From NCBI GenBank assembly GCA_963728915.1, contig CAVSLV010000004.1, forward strand, positions 384,001 to 448,000: a stretch of DNA of 64,000 nucleotides, in the 5' to 3' direction. Under the pieces are notes generated by a model, which saw only the letters and a list, made by a program, of their open reading frames with translations, did no database searches and had not been told where the DNA came from. Each line of letters starts with the position of its first letter. The first letter of the stretch is position 1. Shown in pieces: positions 60,689 through 64,000 of this stretch. The position numbers and the translations under genes are program-made. This DNA comes from an uncultured Gemmatimonadales bacterium. GTDB lineage: Bacteria; Gemmatimonadota; Gemmatimonadetes; Gemmatimonadales; GWC2-71-9.

Positions 60689-62668
60689 ATGACCGGAGCC
60701 GCCATCACCGGGCCGCCGGTCTATCCCGACCGCCCGATTCCCGGACCGCTGCTCGCGACCCTCACCCTCGCGCGTCAGTACCGCCGGCTGGTGGCCTACG
60801 GGGCATACGCGTTCGCGTCGGTGCTTGCGCTCGGCGCCGCCTTCCTGCTCCGCTTCGAGTTCCAGATCCCTGCCAATTACCAGGCCGCGATCGCGATCCT
60901 CCTGCTCGGGCTGATCCCGTTCCGGATGCTGTTTGCCCGCGGTTTCCGGGTGATGACCGCGCGGTGGCGGTTCGTGGGACCGGACGACCTGATCCGGCTG
61001 GCCGGCGCTTCCACCCTCTCGAGCCTCTGCTTCCTGCTGCTGTTCCGGGGAGTCCTCCGGAGCCCGGGGATCCCGCTCTCCGTGGTGGCGATCGAGTGGG
61101 CCCTCTTCAACTTCGGGGTGGGCGGGATCTGGCTCGGTTACCGATCGCTGTTCCAGATGGTCCGGGCCCGCTATGTCGGAGCGCCGGCGCGGGCCCGCCG
61201 GGTGCTCATCGTCGGGGCGGGAGAGGCCGGCAATTCGCTCCTGACCGAGCTCAGCATCAATCCCGGGAAATACCGGGTCGAAGGGTTCCTCGACGACGAT
61301 CCCCTGAAGAAGGGGACCCGGATTCAGGGTCTCGAAGTGCTGGGCGATACCGCCACCGCCCCGTCGCTCCTCCGGGTCCAGGAAGTGGACGAGATCATCA
61401 TCGCGATTCCCTCCGCCACGCCCGAAGAGCTTCGAAAGATCCTGGCCAATCTGAGCCCGCTGGAGATTCCCTTCCGGGTGCTTCCGGGGATCGCATCGGT
61501 ACTGGAGGGCGAGGTGCGCTCGCACCAGCTCCGGCCGCTCCGGATCGAGGACGTGCTGGCCCGGGACCCCGTCTCCCTCGAGCTTCCCGATCTGGAGCGG
61601 GACCTCCGCGGCCGCACCGTGATGGTGAGCGGCGCGGCCGGATCGATCGGCTCCGAGCTTTGCCGGCAGGTTGCTCTGCACCGGCCCGCCCGGCTGGTGT
61701 TGTTCGACCAGGCCGAGAGCGAGCTCTTTTTTCTGGATCTGGAGCTCAGGGAGAAGTTCCCCTCGGTCGCGATCGAGGCGGTCATCGGCGACGTGCTCGA
61801 CGAGGCCCGGGTCACCGAAATCTTCCTGCGCTACAAGCCCGACCGGATCTACCACACCGCGGCCTACAAGCACGTGCCGCTCATGGAGTCGAATCCCCGG
61901 GAAGCGGTCCGCAACAACGTGCTGGGCACCTGGCAGATCGCCCGGCTGGCGGGGGAGCACCGGCTGGGCCGCTTCGTGCTCATCTCCACCGACAAGGCCG
62001 CCGATCCGAGCAACGTGATGGGGGCGACCAAGCGCGCCGCCGAGCTGGTGGTGCGGGAGCTTCAGACCGCGTATCCATCGACCCACTATGTCGCAGTGCG
62101 GTTCGGCAACGTGCTGGGCAGCAACGGCAGCGTCATTCCGGTGTTCCAGAAGCAGATCGCGTCGGGCGGTCCCATCACCATTACTCATCCCGACGTCACC
62201 CGCTTCTTCATGACCATTCCGGAAGCGGTCAACCTCGTGCTCCAGGCCGGCCTCCTCCAGGAGGCGCGCGGGAAGATCGCGGCGCTGGAGATGGGGCAGC
62301 CGGTCAGGATCGTCGAGCTGGCGCGAAACCTGGTCCGGCTCTCCGGGCTCCGCCCCGAGGTGGACATCCGGTTCGAGTACACCGGATTGCGTCCCGGCGA
62401 GAAGCTGCACGAGACCCTCACCGGGTCGGACGAGCAGCTCCTGACCACCCGGCTCGGCAACGTGAGCATCATCGAGAGCAGCCACTCCCTGCTCGGGGTG
62501 CGGCTGGCGGCGGTGTTGAGCCAGTACCATCGGGAGCGGGCGCTGACCGGCGCTGCCTGCCTGGCCTGGCTCACCGATTTCGTGCTGGGCCGGACCCGCA
62601 CCTCGCCCCCTCGCCCTGTCCCGGCAGCGGCTCCGGAGGAATTCCTGTCCACGGTCTCGGCGCCATGA
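60689..62668 (+). CDS. CapD/PglF-like nucleoside-diphosphate sugar dehydratase
   Basis: Four TM helices; GAAGSIGSEL, AAYKHVP, STDKA, VRFGNVLGS and GLRPGEKL motifs. Confidence 0.95.
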   Translation: MTGAAITGPPVYPDRPIPGPLLATLTLARQYRRLVAYGAYAFASVLALGAAFLLRFEFQIPANYQAAIAILLLGLIPFRMLFARGFRVMTARWRFVGPDDLIRLAGASTLSSLCFLLLFRGVLRSPGIPLSVVAIEWALFNFGVGGIWLGYRSLFQMVRARYVGAPARARRVLIVGAGEAGNSLLTELSINPGKYRVEGFLDDDPLKKGTRIQGLEVLGDTATAPSLLRVQEVDEIIIAIPSATPEELRKILANLSPLEIPFRVLPGIASVLEGEVRSHQLRPLRIEDVLARDPVSLELPDLERDLRGRTVMVSGAAGSIGSELCRQVALHRPARLVLFDQAESELFFLDLELREKFPSVAIEAVIGDVLDEARVTEIFLRYKPDRIYHTAAYKHVPLMESNPREAVRNNVLGTWQIARLAGEHRLGRFVLISTDKAADPSNVMGATKRAAELVVRELQTAYPSTHYVAVRFGNVLGSNGSVIPVFQKQIASGGPITITHPDVTRFFMTIPEAVNLVLQAGLLQEARGKIAALEMGQPVRIVELARNLVRLSGLRPEVDIRFEYTGLRPGEKLHETLTGSDEQLLTTRLGNVSIIESSHSLLGVRLAAVLSQYHRERALTGAACLAWLTDFVLGRTRTSPPRPVPAAAPEEFLSTVSAP

Positions 62669-63282
62669 TCCGGAGACTCCTCTTTGCGGCGGCGGTGCTC
62701 GGCGCGGGTTCGCTCCAGGCCCAGGCCGATGGTCCGACCAACGGCGCCGATCTCCTGGTCCGTGCCGGAGACATCGTGCGGATCACGGTCTGGCGCCAGC
62801 AGGAGCTGTCGGGCGAGTTCACCGTGGGCCAGGATGGCGGGATCAACCATCCGCTCTATCGCAGCGTGAAGGCTGCCGGCACCACGGTGCAGCAGGTGAA
62901 CGAGGCGATCGGGAAGTTCCTGCTCGAGTTCGAGGAGCAGCCCCAGTACGTGGTCGAGGTGCTGTTCCCGATTCCGGTGGCGGGCGAGGTCCGTCAGCCC
63001 AACGCGTATCCGATGCCGGCGGGAAGCACGGTGATCGAGGCGATGGCGCGGGCCGGCGGGCGCACCGATCGGGGCCGGACCGACCGGATCAAGCTGCGCC
63101 GGGAAGGGAAGGAGTATCGGATCGACCTGACCGATCCGTCCTCGGTCCGCTACCACACCGTCCTCCAATCCGGCGATGAGCTGGTGATCGAGCGGCGTCA
63201 CAACTTCTGGAGCGGGGTGATGCTGCCGTTCTTCTCGGTGCTGGGCGCTGCGGCCTCGATCTACCGGGTGGCCATACGATGA
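62665..63282 (+). CDS. Polysaccharide biosynthesis/export protein (Wza/SLBB-like)
   Basis: Signal peptide; GDIVRITVW, DGGI, VAGEVRQP and LQSGD motifs; ATGA overlap. Confidence 0.88.
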   Translation: MIRRLLFAAAVLGAGSLQAQADGPTNGADLLVRAGDIVRITVWRQQELSGEFTVGQDGGINHPLYRSVKAAGTTVQQVNEAIGKFLLEFEEQPQYVVEVLFPIPVAGEVRQPNAYPMPAGSTVIEAMARAGGRTDRGRTDRIKLRREGKEYRIDLTDPSSVRYHTVLQSGDELVIERRHNFWSGVMLPFFSVLGAAASIYRVAIR

Positions 63283-64000
63283 TCGACAGCCGGCGCCGCG
63301 GACATGGTGAAGCCCAGGTCCATCAGCAGCCGGAACAGGAAAGCATCCTCGATCTCCGCGAGGTGCTGGGGATTCTCCGCCGCCGGATCTGGCTGGTTGC
63401 GATCTGCGTCGTGCTCGGCACCGCGGCGGGATGGTACATCGCCCACCGGCAGCCGCCGGTCTGGCGCGCCAAGGCGGTGATCCGGGTGGACGATCCCACC
63501 CTCCAGATGAGTGGCCAGCTCGCGGGCGGGCCGCAGATGGGCTACCGCACCGACCCGATCCAGTCCACCCTCGAGACCATGACCAGCCCGGGCACACTCG
63601 GCGCGATCGTGGACCAGGAGTGGCTCCGGGTCAGGTCGCTCAGCCAGGGTTTTCCGGTTTCGGCGCTCCAGGGAATCAAGGTCCCGGAGATCGCGCCCAC
63701 CGACACCATCGTGCTGCGGTTTCTGGAAGACTCGGTGACCGCGCGCTCCCTCCGTTCCGGAATCACGACCGGCCGGAAATACGGTGAGGTACTGGTGCTC
63801 GGACCGGTGCAGCTCGCGGTCGGGTCGCGCCCGGATGGAATTGCTGAAGCAGCCTTGCTGATCGGGGACCGGCAGGAAACCATCGGCTGGCTCGCCGGGA
63901 AGCTCACTACGAAGATCCGGGCCAGCACCAACATCGTGGACGTGGCGTTCATCGCGTCGGCGCCCGGGCTGGCTCAGCGGGTGGTGAACCGCGCCGTCAA
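63279..64000 (+). CDS. Wzz/Wzc-type polysaccharide chain-length determinant (partial, runs off window end)
   Basis: Not in the ORF track. Manual translation gives ILDLREVLGILRRRIWLV-TM-QPPVWRAKAVIRV...TNIVDVAF. Confidence 0.82.
   Translation, partial: MIDSRRRGHGEAQVHQQPEQESILDLREVLGILRRRIWLVAICVVLGTAAGWYIAHRQPPVWRAKAVIRVDDPTLQMSGQLAGGPQMGYRTDPIQSTLETMTSPGTLGAIVDQEWLRVRSLSQGFPVSALQGIKVPEIAPTDTIVLRFLEDSVTARSLRSGITTGRKYGEVLVLGPVQLAVGSRPDGIAEAALLIGDRQETIGWLAGKLTTKIRASTNIVDVAFIASAPGLAQRVVNRAV

Overview
High-GC bacterial chromosome segment. Gene content and style suggest Gemmatimonadota (inference only). It is densely coding and mostly housekeeping: a partial serpin, a hybrid histidine kinase, a GT4/glycogen-debranching pair, a Moco cluster (queD-like, fdhD, mobA, mobB, moeA), gpmI, guaB, nrnA-nfu-mrp, an ECF sigma/anti-sigma operon, late menaquinone genes (menG, UbiD, UbiA, UbiX), an M14 peptidase, a GltD-like gene plus korAB, uvrC-like, mutM, purD, glmM-glmS, dtd, maf, a PilB/GspE ATPase fused to a receiver domain, and the start of a polysaccharide locus. 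I recognised no rRNA, tRNA, CRISPR array or transposase. Two sequence-level signals are not explained by the genes. (1) More than a dozen short-period (7/8/9-nt) tandem arrays sit at gene junctions, usually as a G-rich arm followed by its C-rich reverse complement. One pair encloses a whole four-helix-bundle (IVP/Avd-like) gene as a cassette, one forms a 29/30-bp stem around a start codon, and several are translated inside proteins. (2) A dispersed motif CG(G/T)GTTA(G/C)G is strongly over-represented inside coding sequences, where it forces rare codons. Four genes carry apparent single-base frameshifts that may be assembly errors.
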